Shown here: piece by piece, positions 1-11,508 of the stretch
Layout of the letters: each line of letters begins with the position of its first letter
Numbering within the stretch: the first letter of the stretch is position 1
Assembly: GCA_004764695.1 (NCBI GenBank)
Contig: SMSO01000034.1
Span: 4,774,001 to 4,838,000, forward strand
DNA: 64,000 bases
DNA from: Schizochytrium sp. TIO01
Lineage: Eukaryota > Protista > Bigyra: Labyrinthulomycetes
Reading direction: 5' to 3'
The notes under the pieces: generated by a model
What the model saw: only the letters and a program-made list of their open reading frames with translations
What the model was told of the DNA's origin: nothing
Database searches by the model: none
Program-made: the position numbers and the translations under genes

Positions 1-1
1 T

Positions 2-802
2 GACGAAAGTGACCCTTGTGAACTTGCGGTCTTCTACGGGTTCAAAGAGATACCCTAGCACATACGCCTTACCCTTTACAGTGGGACGTTGGGGGGCGGC
101 TGGAGTAAAGGCTGCTAGGGACTTGGTCTGGGCAGCCGACCCACTGACGGAGCGAATGAGGGCAGATAGAGTGCCAGATAAAGGTCTCGAAAGAGATCGA
201 ACAAAGCTTGTCGATTCTTCACTGACGGAGGTATCACTCATGACGGAATATTTTGACTTGGTGCTCTTGGGTCGAGACGAAATGCTTTTCTTTTTGGCAA
301 TAGGCTGAATTGGTGCGGTGGGGTCGCCACTAGGGTCTTGTCGGCATAATACAACAAGCGAACCATCGTGACGCTGGTATGTATACTCGATGAGCGCGAA
401 GTCTCGTGCGCAAAGAGGGGCCGGAAATTGCATAGTCCAAAGAAGTTTTGCTCTTGAGGGGGATTCCATGTCCAGAACCTTCATTTCGTCCATCTGAAAC
501 ATGGTTGCAATGTTCTCGCCAACAACCTCTGGATCAATGGTCCTAGCGAGGGTATTGTACTCCGTACGATTCCGGATGAACCACGCGACAATATCCATCG
601 GTGCTCGAAACACAGCCGATCCTCGCCAGTAATCTATGCTATAATCGGCATCCATTTTATAAGTTACCTTGGTACCCCGAGGTCCGTCTTGCGCGCGTGA
701 CTTGTTATCCCACCCATAGTCCTCACGGCACAGATCTACAAACTCTTCAATGAACGCGAAGTCGTCACCTTCTGCAAGGGGAATACTACCTGAGCAGCCC
801 AT
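2..802 (-). CDS. START/SRPBCC lipid-transfer-domain protein, N-terminal part (runs off the left window edge)
   Basis: Hand translation from the ATG at 802 is open to the window edge: MGCSGSIPLAEGDDFAFIEEF...LLWTMQFPAPLCARDFALIEYTYQRHDGSLVVLCR...RVSLEPVEDRKFTRVTFV. The 'P.P...RDF' and 'TRVTFV' motifs are START-like. The N-terminal MGCxxS is a myristoylation/palmitoylation-type motif. A possible upstream intron spans 822-1557 (GT..AG). The ORF track omits this CDS because it has no stop inside the window. Confidence 0.75.
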   Translation of the reverse strand, partial: MGCSGSIPLAEGDDFAFIEEFVDLCREDYGWDNKSRAQDGPRGTKVTYKMDADYSIDYWRGSAVFRAPMDIVAWFIRNRTEYNTLARTIDPEVVGENIATMFQMDEMKVLDMESPSRAKLLWTMQFPAPLCARDFALIEYTYQRHDGSLVVLCRQDPSGDPTAPIQPIAKKKSISSRPKSTKSKYSVMSDTSVSEESTSFVRSLSRPLSGTLSALIRSVSGSAAQTKSLAAFTPAAPQRPTVKGKAYVLGYLFEPVEDRKFTRVTFV

Positions 803-1923
803 TTCTCCTGCTGCTGAGGACCTGCAAAGATTGCCAGGTCCTTGGGCAGAAGGAACCCACGTTCTTTGCCTGCGCTTCGATGGTATTTGCTCCCAAAGCA
901 ACAACAAGCCTTCTTCTGCACGTGTTCCCCTCGCTGATTACGTTTCTCAGCTCTTTTTTTAATTATAATTTAATTTAAACTTTGTTTTTATTCCAAAGTA
1001 GTACATACGGACTTCGCAATTATTAGGTAAACTGATAGTGTCCCCCTACAAGAAAAAAAGCTATTCTCATTTGAGTAGTAGGTACCTATTGTCAGTTAGC
1101 TGTGCTTACACGTTTTTTAGATAACCATCCATGGAATCATAGTAATAGTAGTAATATGAATAACTATTATTTATTATAATTTGTTTTTAGAAAGTAAAAA
1201 AGAGGTGACCTGCTGAATGGATGCAAAAAAGAATAGAAAAAGAAACTCTTCCTCCTTTCGAATGTTTGCAACTAACTGCCTACCTACCTACCTACCTAAC
1301 ACACACCTGAACAAAAACTTAGCTATCGCTCGCCCCCTTCCCGTCTCCAAGTACCTCCCTACTTACGTTCTTAATGCCATGCCATGCCGGCCGCCTTGGT
1401 GTCCAATGAAGCAGTCATAATCCAACTTCGTTATCATCATCGATTTGCCCAGTCTACAATAATTACTGAAAAACAGAAATAATAGTTCTATTTATTAAAC
1501 AACGACGAAGTAAAACTTCTGCTAGGAGTACCTACTGATGGCCACTAGGCCCCCTACCTCAGTTTTTTTGGCCAGCACGTGAATTCTCTCTGCACGGCTT
1601 CATACAAGTTGAGGAGGGCCGTCAATGCGCCTCTTGATTTCGTCCTTCGGCGTCGAGTTCGACTTCGTGGCCGGAGGGACTCTTGGGTCGAGGCATCTGG
1701 TGAAGCGGCGAAGATGGAGTCGGGGTGGTCATCAAGCTGCCACGGGGGGGTAATGATTGCGATACCCGGGTGGGTGGGCTGTGTGAGTGAGTGAACAAAG
1801 TATCGGCGGGCACTGTTCTTTCCACTTTTGTCTTTTCTGGGAAGCAAACAGTGACTTTAAAATAATAATAAATATATACATTTTTTTTTTTATATATAAT
1901 TCAAGATTCATAATTTGTGCTAG

Positions 1924-2560
1924 AGCAGAAGATATTGGAGAAGCAGATGGGTGAATACCTACCTAGGTACCTTCGAAGGTGCTTACTTCTACCATGTCTA
2001 CCATGTAAAGGAAGAAAGAAATAACACTCTCACCAGTCAGAGGCAACTCCTTAAACTCTTTTCTGAAGAACTTGGGTATGTGTGTGTCAATATAACTATC
2101 ACAGAAATCATTTATTTGAGCACACTGAAGATTGAACTTACGAGGCTGCGCAGTGCATTGGCTTCAGTGGACACCAAGGTGGCCTCAAGCATACAATCCT
2201 CAGCCAACGTGCAGCTTGTGGTGAGCAGCTCTCACTTCGTGGTGACGTTCTCAATTCTCCATGACTATATTCAGCCTGAGGCTGTCTTAAACCGAGGCGC
2301 TAAGGAATCAATTCTACTCCACAAGGTATTTGTTTTGTGAGACTATAAAACGCTGCTGCTCACGTTGAACGCAAAGCCGAGAGCACGTGGATACCTCCCT
2401 TCTGCTGGCCAATGGAGCATGGAATCCCGGAAAGCCTCAGGGAATTGCTGTACCTACCTCTGCAGCGGACAATTGCGCTCGAGCCTTTGCTTCGACGCAA
2501 GACGGCATTGGAAACGGGCTTTGGACCAAGACGCCTCCATACAACCTCGTCCCTAGTTGA
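1924..2560 (+). CDS. Possible multi-exon hypothetical (coiled-coil) gene; 5' end not resolved
   Basis: A series of ~45-55 nt GT..AG segments (gtgaat.., gtatgt..ttgag, gtgagc..ttcag, gtattt..gag) can be removed to give a continuous frame: QKILEKQM-ERNNTLTSQRQLLKLFSEELG-TLKIELTRLRSALAS...-PEAVLNRGAKESILLHK-HVDTSLL...PS*. I recognise no homologue. Confidence 0.3.
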
Positions 2561-3822
2561 TCGAGTTCGCAGCGACTGACACACCACAATTCCACTGTCA
2601 AAGCAGCAGGTACCTATGCATCTAGCCTTTGAGGCTGCTGCTTAGACTCGGAGGATTGATTGCAGCGGGAGACGAAATTCGACGCCAATGTGACGACAAA
2701 CGAGAGAAACCAACTTTGATAGCTCTACCTACTTCATCATGTTTTAAAGATCTATTTTTTTTGGTATTCATTTTTTTCTGATCATGGCCGCAGAAATTGA
2801 CTGGCGGGATATCCACATTATAGGTCAAGTCATTTTCTGCTATCCACATGGGGATTGGATGAAAGGAGGCCAGGGCCGCGGCCGTGGCGACCAGGGGAAG
2901 GAGGGTATCATTAGAAAAGCACCCACTTTAGGAATGGCCAAGTTTCACGGCAAAAAGTCACTCGTCCAGTATATCCTTTTAATATGTTTAATGAAGTTCG
3001 TCGTTAAAGGTGTGTACTGTGCTAAGTCAACTTCTCGGGACTATGGAAGTTCAAGTGCTTCGCAGTACCTCTAGAGATAACCAGATATATACTACGAGCG
3101 CTCGCGGAAAGCTTGCTTATTGCGATATGCATTTTGCATCTTGCTTTGCCCGCTCACTTACAAGATTAGTACGAGTTGTGGAAATTGATGCTGTCTTGTA
3201 TTCCTATGCTGAGTGGATTAAAAATAATGAAAAGGAAAAAGATGACTTTTTATTTTTCTGTTTACATGAATTTTCCTTAACGTCAGAGTACTTGGAAATT
3301 CAAGTGGATAGAGATCTTTTGAAAGGCTTTGGTTCAGAAAAGCAAGTTATTAACTAAGGTAGTGCGGTTGTTTGGAGGGTGATATTAGGGCTTCAAAGAG
3401 AGTTAGTTACAAGTTAGTTTTTTTAATATTCTAAAAAAATGATCAACTTGATAGTTGTCATCCAGCGAGCTGCATTCCTCCGTTTCCTACAAGAGGTGAC
3501 AAAGCTGACCATGCCCATCTCCCTTCGCAGGAGCTCATTAATATGTCATATTGCTAGAATACCTACGCCATTGGTCTGTAGGTAGTTTCTCTTCTTACGA
3601 AATTCAAGTCGTGAAGAGCAATGAAAAGTTAATTTCGCTTCCGAGTCGGTTCAGATTGTCTCGCTAGGATCGATAGCCTGCTTTATTGATCACTTCCCTC
3701 GCTACCGCTACTCCTCCCCCGCTCGTTGGCGCTAGAAAATCTGCAATCAAGCCGCCAATTTCACTGGTCACCAGATAAAGATATTTACCCTATAACCATT
3801 AGCAAAGTCCTAATAGCACTAT

Positions 3823-4002
3823 CAATAGAACGAAAAAGGGGCTTGGTATATATACCGTAAGCCTTTACTTGGAGGTTAAAACTCGAGTCAAAACAAGTGC
3901 AATCTTATGTAGATACAATAGACGAAAAAGGGGCTTGGTATACATACGGCTTTACTTGGAGGTTAGAACTCGAGTCAAAACAAATGCAATCTTATGTAGA
4001 TA
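3823..4002. repeat. Direct tandem duplication, ~90 bp x2
   Basis: CAATAGA(A)CGAAAAAGGGGCTTGGTATA...CTTTACTTGGAGGTTA(A/G)AACTCGAGTCAAAACAA(G/A)TGCAATCTTATGTAGATA occurs at 3823-3915 and 3916-4002. Confidence 0.9.
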
Positions 4003-4277
4003 ATCTTTAATACTAACTTCCCCAAGAGACTCTTAACAGCCATAGTACCTCTTTGTATGAGTACAAATCCACGTTGATAATACAAGATGTCAAACTGTCA
4101 CCCAAAATCTAACATCGCCTGACTTCCAAGCCTCCATGTTGCTGTCTTGTTATTGCACTGAGCTCTCGGAAGACACGGAAGTTTGATCATATTGTGAACA
4201 CGCGAGGGATTATAATACTATTTTTAATTGACTTTGATACTAAAGGGTGGTTTATATCTTCTAGGAAAATGCTAGGA

Positions 4278-4870
4278 TCAGAATGTCTGCAAAAAGGTAC
4301 GAATCCTGTTGAGGAGCTCTGCCTTTATGGAATCCGGAACCGTTGCTATACCACGAAGAGATCATGGTGTCATTAAACACGTTAGTAGTGTGCATATCAC
4401 TTTGTAAATTAAATTTCGCTTCAAAACAAATTACTTACCTCGGCCTCGTGGTGTCGCCTCTGCAATCAATTTGTCCACGGTAATACTTTCTGTGCCCTTG
4501 TTCTTGATTATTTCTGTGTCAATTTCGAATAAAAAGCAAAGTTAGCACTTCTTTGGGTGCTATTTTCCCGTCACATGGGGGTTTACACAGCTCTCTACGT
4601 ACCTTTACAATAAGCTTTGAGCTCATCCCTCCAGCCACACTCGATTAATTTTGTTCTCAAGAGCTCTTCAAGTCTGTACAATCGTGCCAATCAGCGTGAG
4701 TTGTTGTTTCTTTTCATATCCAGCAGAGCATGGGGACTTTTATGCACCATTTCAACTTACCGCTCCCGCTCACCGGTCTCCTCAAGTTTATTTGCAATCG
4801 AGGCGCGTGCTTGTTGCTCCCGTTTCTTGCGTTCGAGCAAGCTGGTGCTCGATGCTCCCGAGTGGTCCAT
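4278..4870 (-). CDS. ENY2: Transcription and mRNA export factor ENY2/Sus1 (SAGA DUB module / TREX-2), 4 exons, 107 aa
   Basis: Exons 4761-4870, 4603-4673, 4439-4513 and 4278-4345, joined at GT..AG introns, total 324 nt: [107 protein letters not shown]. This matches the ENY2 signature (ETGERERL..LL..KLIECGW.D; TP.GR..VPDS.K.ELL.RIR.FL). Confidence 0.95.
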
Positions 4871-5339
4871 TTCTCCTTTGTGATTGTTTATTTATGAGGC
4901 AAGAAAGAAAGCACCCTCGCGGTCTCCGCACGAACCAGGTCCACTGCTCGTGATTCACGACTATTTCGCACTATTGCAGGTTTGGTTATGAAACTTTAGC
5001 TTCGCTCAGGGTCCATGCACTAGCAAACGTGGGCTCTTTAGTGATAAGAGGTTTAAGAGATCCGTTGAATGCGGGAAAACTAGGTCAACGTTTCCCCGAT
5101 AGCAAATTAGAGGAAGTGTGACTCGATTTTATTATTATTATTATATATAAAAGAAAAACAGTCTAGAAAGGAAGACCTGACTATAATGCATGCAGAGGAC
5201 CCAAAAGAAAGTAAAAGGCTATACGAACTAATAATTTTACGTGTCTCTAAAGTGACAATAAAATGAATCGGTACATTAAAGAAGAAATTATATTATTACG
5301 ATTATTATTATTTTTTCTCTGTACACCAGATCAAATTCA

Positions 5340-6587
5340 TTAAGATTGAAGATCACGACCATAACAGCGAATATTTTTGCCGAGATCGATGTTATATGCT
5401 GTAAGCAAGTTCTTGTAATTGTTTGCAATAGTAGGCAAATCTGCACATTTAATTGGTGAACCAACGTGTGAGCTTGCTACCTGGGTGCAAATACTGTTCG
5501 TGTCCAAAGTCGCAGGGATACTGGGGCATTCAGAGTCAGAAATGCACTCACAGCCACACATGGTCATGTGGCAATTCTTGATACGCTTCTCCTTGGTATA
5601 ATAGCGAAAGATATGGGGCAGGTTGGGCTCATCAGGTGATGGGATAGAAGCTTTGCAGAGTTCGAGCTCATTGGATTGGTTATCTGCAACTTGGTCGTAG
5701 TCGCAGCAGCGGGAGTTGAGGCCCTCATTAACCTCAAGATTTTTAAACAAAGTTTGCCAGAAGCTAATCATTCGGCCACTCATTTTGCTGTCGCAATTCA
5801 CAGCTTCCTTAAGAGCGCTTACTTTGGCATTTGGCATGCACCTTTTCACCTCAACCTTTTCAAAACTCTGGATTCGGTCATCCGTGCATTTGATGTCTGT
5901 ATCGATCTTGTCGTTGTCCTCAGATACAACCACAATCTCTACCTCGCTTGCGAGGGAGCGTTTATAAACCTCAATACTGAAGTCGTTGAAGGGTACGTCA
6001 TCAAGCTTCTCGATGAGTGCCTTGGTAATATCGATGCTCTCCAGCATAGCCGTGTCTGCCCAGGTCACACGGTTTCCCGCCGCACTAAAATGAATCAAGA
6101 GAATATCTCTGCGCGAGGCGTGCCTCTCCATGAAAGCTACCAGGTCGGTCTTGGCGCCATGCAAAGCGACCTCGGCAACCACGACAGCACTAAGGATTAT
6201 AGAAAAGAGCACGAAGAGCCCAATACCAATCCAACGCCGATGATTGACCTCCGTGGGCGCGCGGTCGCCTGTAACCATGATGTTCATCTGCTTCATTTGC
6301 TTGCTATCATCAAGCCTATGCACCTCATAGGTTGTGCTCGACAGCGTACGAACCCTCCTAGACTTGCGGCCCTTCTTGCCACGACCGGCCTCGTTCTCGC
6401 CCATACCCACCTCCTCGTCACCAGTCCCTGAGAGTGCGTGCACGTCCTTCTCAAGGTCGTCCACATCATCCTCTTCGTACGAGCCGTCGTCCGAAGAGAC
6501 GTCGTCCTCATGGTGCATCATGACCAGCTGGTTGTCGCCAGCGCCAACGGAGCCCACCGCATGGTACTGTTGCTTGGGAGAGCTCAT
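5340..6587 (-). CDS. Hypothetical single-pass (type II) membrane protein with acidic N-tail and Cys-rich C-terminal ectodomain
   Basis: 432-aa ORF; the first ATG is at 6587 (MSSPKQQY). It has an acidic stretch, one hydrophobic segment (WIGIGLFVLFSIILSAVVVAEVAL) and many Cys in the C-terminal half. Confidence 0.75.
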   Translation of the reverse strand: MSSPKQQYHAVGSVGAGDNQLVMMHHEDDVSSDDGSYEEDDVDDLEKDVHALSGTGDEEVGMGENEAGRGKKGRKSRRVRTLSSTTYEVHRLDDSKQMKQMNIMVTGDRAPTEVNHRRWIGIGLFVLFSIILSAVVVAEVALHGAKTDLVAFMERHASRRDILLIHFSAAGNRVTWADTAMLESIDITKALIEKLDDVPFNDFSIEVYKRSLASEVEIVVVSEDNDKIDTDIKCTDDRIQSFEKVEVKRCMPNAKVSALKEAVNCDSKMSGRMISFWQTLFKNLEVNEGLNSRCCDYDQVADNQSNELELCKASIPSPDEPNLPHIFRYYTKEKRIKNCHMTMCGCECISDSECPSIPATLDTNSICTQVASSHVGSPIKCADLPTIANNYKNLLTAYNIDLGKNIRCYGRDLQS

Positions 6588-8082
6588 GGCGCCCAAGAAA
6601 ACAAGAACTACAGAGCGAGGAGGGTCTCCACAGCACACGAGATCCCCGCGCGAGAAGACTGGCGAGGCCGACGCGCGGCGCCGTTCGCGATTTGAATGAT
6701 CGACCCTCTTGCCGATCTAGGTACCTGTCTGTATTGGGTATTAGATACAAGTTGATCGATCATCATCAACTCTTTCTCTTTCTCAGTTATGATAGATAGC
6801 AAACTCGTAGCAGGAATACTAGTGCCCTCGTATCTACTCCTACGTACTAAATATTCGATGAGAACGAGGAAGCGAAGAAGGTCCTCTTCTCGGATTACTA
6901 GCCAAGGCTAGGGATAATCATAGCAACTCTGCCCGGTGAGGAAGACAAAACAAAACAAAAGGGAAGGAAGGAAGTACCTGCGAGGTGGAGTAGGTTGACA
7001 GCAGCAACGAGATGCGAGGAACGAACGTTGGACGTCATGGATATCAAGTCTATGTATTGTAATAGGGCTTACGACACACTTGGACAGTAAACAGGCTCAT
7101 AAAACTCGCAAGAAAAATTTGGATTGAACAGCAAGTATCAAACAGGAGAATATTGAAGATGTCTAACTAAAATATGAAATTTCGAATATAGATAAACAAG
7201 CACCTTTCATCAATAAATATGTATCTAGTTATGATCAAGATAGCCTTAAACGCAGAATTTCTGTACTCGCATTTGTATAATCCAATCAACAATTATCACC
7301 AGTTCTCGATATCAAGTACCGGTCCCTTTGAATTAGGGGCGAACTTGTGGAGCTCAACTTTGTACTTCCAACACAGGCGATTCTTGAAACAACAAAATGC
7401 AAACTGACTTGTACTTTGAAGCACCAATAACAAAAGTAACTCCCTGTCCAAACTTTATCTAAGCAAACTAGACTTGTATCTGAAATTCAGAAGTACATTC
7501 TGATTTTCACAGCCTCGATCGCGTTGCAAAAGTCAAAGAAAGAGAATAATGATGGATGGGAAACCCGGTGCATGATATTAGAAAAAGTGTCTCCGAGCAA
7601 TGGTAACCAGTTTATCAAGACTCTGGAGAACCCCGCTCGCTACACATAAATACATTTGAATGTGAACAACTTTTAGCTCAAATTCGAAGTCGTCCAATAA
7701 TTATTACAAAAAACACCACAATCATAGCTTAAACGAGGCGATAACATCTAAAGTTATACTTCGCTCTCTCAAGAATGACAGCAGTTTTCTGCAAGCTCCA
7801 CTTTATCAATGGAGAAAGGGACGAATGGAATAACCTCAAGACTAGAATTATATGAGTTTTCTGGTATTTTCTAACACCTGATCCTAAAAGTATCTGTTAT
7901 AAAGAAACGTTTGCCAACGCTGAGGGATTAAACAAGAAACGAATATAGACATGACTAGATAATCGTTTATTTTATTTAATCAAATTGTATCCAGAATGAA
8001 ACAAAGTCACGAGAGAAACATGCCTTACGCAACTTCGAATGTCTTGTTTCCTCTGCTTGATTACGCAACGATAAGTAGTTGA

Positions 8083-11000
8083 TCAAGCAGAGTCCAATTC
8101 CATTGATATAGCTCCATCTAGGTGACGAGTCCGCCTTTGGATGTGATATTTCTGTCCCTCTAGGATTTTATCAACAGCTCGCCCAACATTCCCAATAATG
8201 TTATATTCAGTAAATGTTTGTCCTGCCTTCAATTCTATGACGATATCGAAAATAGGAGATCCAGCTCTTTGACTTCTAACCTTTTGCAATGAAGAGCCAG
8301 AACTCGCTGATCGTGCTTCTTTATCTCCGATAGTAACACTTGTGACGCCGCCTACTAATGCTCTCAGCATGTGGTTTTTAACCAAGCCTCTGAGAGAGCC
8401 ATGCGCAGAAGCGACCAGTCGCACACCCCTCCCTTTACAAGTTCGGGCTGCTCCAACTTCTTTTGCCCTTCCAATCTCATCAAGCACCATAATCTGCGGT
8501 GTATGATTCTGTACACATTCTAACATTATATCGCTCTGTGCGTTCAGTGAAGGCACTATCATACGACGAGCATGACCGATGCAAGGGTGGGGAACATCCC
8601 CATCACCAGCAATTTCATTGCTAGTGTCTATAATGCATACGTTGAAGCGTTGGGCCAACACTCGAGATGTTTCGCGAACAATAGTTGTTTTACCTGAACC
8701 TGGCTCACCAAGAAAAAGTATCGATTTCTTTGGATCGCTAAAGAGAAGGTCTTCGATGATAAGTGCAGCACCAGTGACATGCCGCCCGACTCGCATTGTC
8801 AACCCAATGATTTCAGATGAACGATTGCGAATGGCCGAAATACGATGAAGTTTCCGCTCCAATCCAGATCTATTGTCACCTCCGAAATCCCCAATATTTT
8901 CAACAACTGTATCAATGTCCTCTCTCGTCACCACTTGGTCGCGAAGAAGAACACGTTTACGTTTCACCCAAGCGTGTGGGGGTCTACCTAGATCAAGAAC
9001 AATTTCGATTAGATTCTCAAAGTCTCCGCGTTTGGCAAGGGCCTCACTAAGATCAGGTGGAAGGGTCGCGAACAAAGTGTCTACGTCATTCACCACATCG
9101 ATGGGTTGAAGTTGCCTACTATCTAGACCAGAAATTTCGATCCAAAGCTCAAATGACTTCATTTGATAGGCTTCGTTTTCATCAAAGCAAATGTGTCGGC
9201 CTCCGTCATAAAGAAGAGCCGACTTTGCTCTGCGGTCTGATGCCCGCTGAACCTGGGACCAAAGCTCCTCTCCAAGACTGTCTCGTATGCCTTTAATAAC
9301 AGAGATAAGAAGAGTAACGTCAAGAACAGCATAGTTCAATACATCAGGAGGTAGAGGGCGTTTGGAAAATATGTTACCGCTGCTGTTCATTTTCCTGTGT
9401 ATTTCTTTCTTTAAATTGTGTTGTTGCCCTTGCCCGAATCTATCAAGCATCATGTTGAATCCGACATGAATGTCTCCTGATAAAGCTTCCGCAGCAAGCT
9501 GAGTATCAAAGGTCCCTTTAAATTGAGACCCAACTCTACCAATTCGTGACATCGCCAGAACATCTTTGTGCATGTCGTGGAAATATTTTATTATCGAAGG
9601 GTTTGCCAATATAGAATCTTCTAGAGCCGAACAAACCAGTATTGGGTCTAACTGAATACAATCAAAGATATATGTGATCTTTTTCGTCCTCATGATTGCA
9701 CAAATCTGAATCAAATATAAGTTCTGGGGTACGCCTTCGCAGTCAATGGCCACCAAATCAGCTTCCTTCAACTCATCACATGCTTGAATCAAGGTCATAG
9801 CAGTCTCAACAAAAATAACAGTATCTTTACGACCGGACCTCAATTCCTGTTCTTGAGTAGCTGAATTGCATTTGGTAGTCAAAATCACCTCAGAGGTGGT
9901 TGAGTGAGCATGCCCTTGACTTGTCCCCATATTTAGATTTCTCAAATCGTTGCATGTTCGTTCCAACAACGTTGTAATTACCGCAGCAGAAGTAGGACAT
10001 TGGGAAGGAGTTTCCAAAGTATCGTCTTCGCGATCACCGTTTAAGTTCGGCTCTCGGTTAGTCTGGTTGCAAGCGATTGGCGTAGTTTTCAAGCTTTCAG
10101 ATGTCAAATAAAGTTGCTCCTGACTCATCTTAATATCTACATCCTCCCCATTGTTGCATGCCTGGTCCAAATACATCGTAGCGTCTACAGGAGCAGCAAG
10201 AGCAGCTTTCCGAGTCAAGTTTTCGCTGTCATTGCTCACTTCTGTTTCTTGGATAACATTACTATGATTGGTACTCTCGTAAGGCGAGCGCAGTTTTCCT
10301 TGAATCATCGAGTTTGCGAGTGTCATATCCCATATGCAACTTTTGGAGGTTCCTGATAAACACCCAGCCTCTTTAAGGCGCAGGAGAATTCCGTGAACAA
10401 CCTGCTTATGCGAGTCGCAAGAACTGTCTAGACCATAAAACTTATAGCAGAGAGCCTTTAAGGTTTTCTTTGCAGTTGGCCAATTGTCTCCATACTTCAC
10501 GCTCAAGTGCAACATAAAGTTGATCATCACTGTTTGGTGATCCGAAGAATTAGCTCTGCTTGTGGTCTTGGCACATTCATTATTGATTGTTTTATTTCCC
10601 GTCATGAAACTCGCATGAAAATACAATATCCTATTGTTCATCTTCATGCATGTTACTCCTTCCATTTCTCTTAGTACTACCCCTGGAGAAACAGTATGGC
10701 CATCATTACCTTGTTGGGACAGGGCATACTTGAAACCTTTGACGTTTTTCACAACCATGTTGCACGTGACACCTTCTGGATGTTTAAGCAGAAACCCATG
10801 CAAATTCTTTTGAAAATGATATGAATCCTGAAGTATTGTGATTGTCTCTTCGGTGCTCTCATTCAGTATAATTCTGTTTTCTAAGCGATGACCATTCAAA
10901 ATTGCACTATCACCATCTGGCCCTTTATGTTGCCTCTGATTCAGCGATAGCACGGACAACAACCCTTGGCCAATCCTAGTTCTTTTCAGATGTAAAGATG

Positions 11001-11508
11001 ATAAGCTACAAATAAAATCCTGCAAGCTTTTGTAGCCTAAATGTTTAAAGGATATAGTTTCATGATATCTTGATTCATATTGACCTCGAAGCTGGTCCAA
11101 AGGTATCGATGACATTGATTTGAAGAGCTCAAGAATCTTCCTTTCCACGCGTCGTATTTGCCTGCCCCGAATAATTTCCTTGTTGGACTTTGAATGATTT
11201 ATCGCGACATTCTCGAGCATGGACTTCCCTTGCTGCGTTGCATTACGCGTGATAAAGCATGCCAAGCCTCCACCTTTCCCATGGACATCTAAAGAAGGAA
11301 GATCACTTACGAAGGTTCGTAACTGTCTATAACCATAACTTTGATAGGCAATGGGCTCCTTAAAGTGGTTTCTAAATAAAATGGGAAGCTGGCATAGAGG
11401 TATTTGCTCTACCTGGTTCAAGTCAAATAGTTCAACAATATGATTCTCCACGTCCTTGATTTTGATCTCCTTTTCAGTCGCCAATTCTACCCCTCGATGG
11501 TTTGCCAT
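8083..11508 (-). CDS. LOTUS(OST-HTH) x2 + DEDDy 3'-5' exonuclease + Ycf45/SpoIIIAA-like P-loop ATPase fusion, 1141 aa
   Basis: Two N-terminal LOTUS-like repeats (IPLCQLPILFRNHFKEPIAYQSYGYRQLRTFVSDLP; IPLDQLRGQYESRYHETISFKHLGYKSLQDFICSLS). Exonuclease motifs VAIDCEG, FHDMHKD, FDTQLA and NYAVLDV. ATPase motifs RISAIRNR..IIGLTMRVGR, GEPGSGKTT, IIDTSNEIAGDGD, VQNHTP..MVLDEIG and SAHG, typical of Ycf45/SpoIIIAA. Confidence 0.85.
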   Translation of the reverse strand: MANHRGVELATEKEIKIKDVENHIVELFDLNQVEQIPLCQLPILFRNHFKEPIAYQSYGYRQLRTFVSDLPSLDVHGKGGGLACFITRNATQQGKSMLENVAINHSKSNKEIIRGRQIRRVERKILELFKSMSSIPLDQLRGQYESRYHETISFKHLGYKSLQDFICSLSSLHLKRTRIGQGLLSVLSLNQRQHKGPDGDSAILNGHRLENRIILNESTEETITILQDSYHFQKNLHGFLLKHPEGVTCNMVVKNVKGFKYALSQQGNDGHTVSPGVVLREMEGVTCMKMNNRILYFHASFMTGNKTINNECAKTTSRANSSDHQTVMINFMLHLSVKYGDNWPTAKKTLKALCYKFYGLDSSCDSHKQVVHGILLRLKEAGCLSGTSKSCIWDMTLANSMIQGKLRSPYESTNHSNVIQETEVSNDSENLTRKAALAAPVDATMYLDQACNNGEDVDIKMSQEQLYLTSESLKTTPIACNQTNREPNLNGDREDDTLETPSQCPTSAAVITTLLERTCNDLRNLNMGTSQGHAHSTTSEVILTTKCNSATQEQELRSGRKDTVIFVETAMTLIQACDELKEADLVAIDCEGVPQNLYLIQICAIMRTKKITYIFDCIQLDPILVCSALEDSILANPSIIKYFHDMHKDVLAMSRIGRVGSQFKGTFDTQLAAEALSGDIHVGFNMMLDRFGQGQQHNLKKEIHRKMNSSGNIFSKRPLPPDVLNYAVLDVTLLISVIKGIRDSLGEELWSQVQRASDRRAKSALLYDGGRHICFDENEAYQMKSFELWIEISGLDSRQLQPIDVVNDVDTLFATLPPDLSEALAKRGDFENLIEIVLDLGRPPHAWVKRKRVLLRDQVVTREDIDTVVENIGDFGGDNRSGLERKLHRISAIRNRSSEIIGLTMRVGRHVTGAALIIEDLLFSDPKKSILFLGEPGSGKTTIVRETSRVLAQRFNVCIIDTSNEIAGDGDVPHPCIGHARRMIVPSLNAQSDIMLECVQNHTPQIMVLDEIGRAKEVGAARTCKGRGVRLVASAHGSLRGLVKNHMLRALVGGVTSVTIGDKEARSASSGSSLQKVRSQRAGSPIFDIVIELKAGQTFTEYNIIGNVGRAVDKILEGQKYHIQRRTRHLDGAISMELDSA

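Noticed and set aside
1554-1847. 97-aa minus-strand ORF as a coding first exon of the START gene
   Set aside because: It would splice in frame (1557 to 822) but contains no in-frame ATG. It was left as a possible 5' UTR or unresolved exon.
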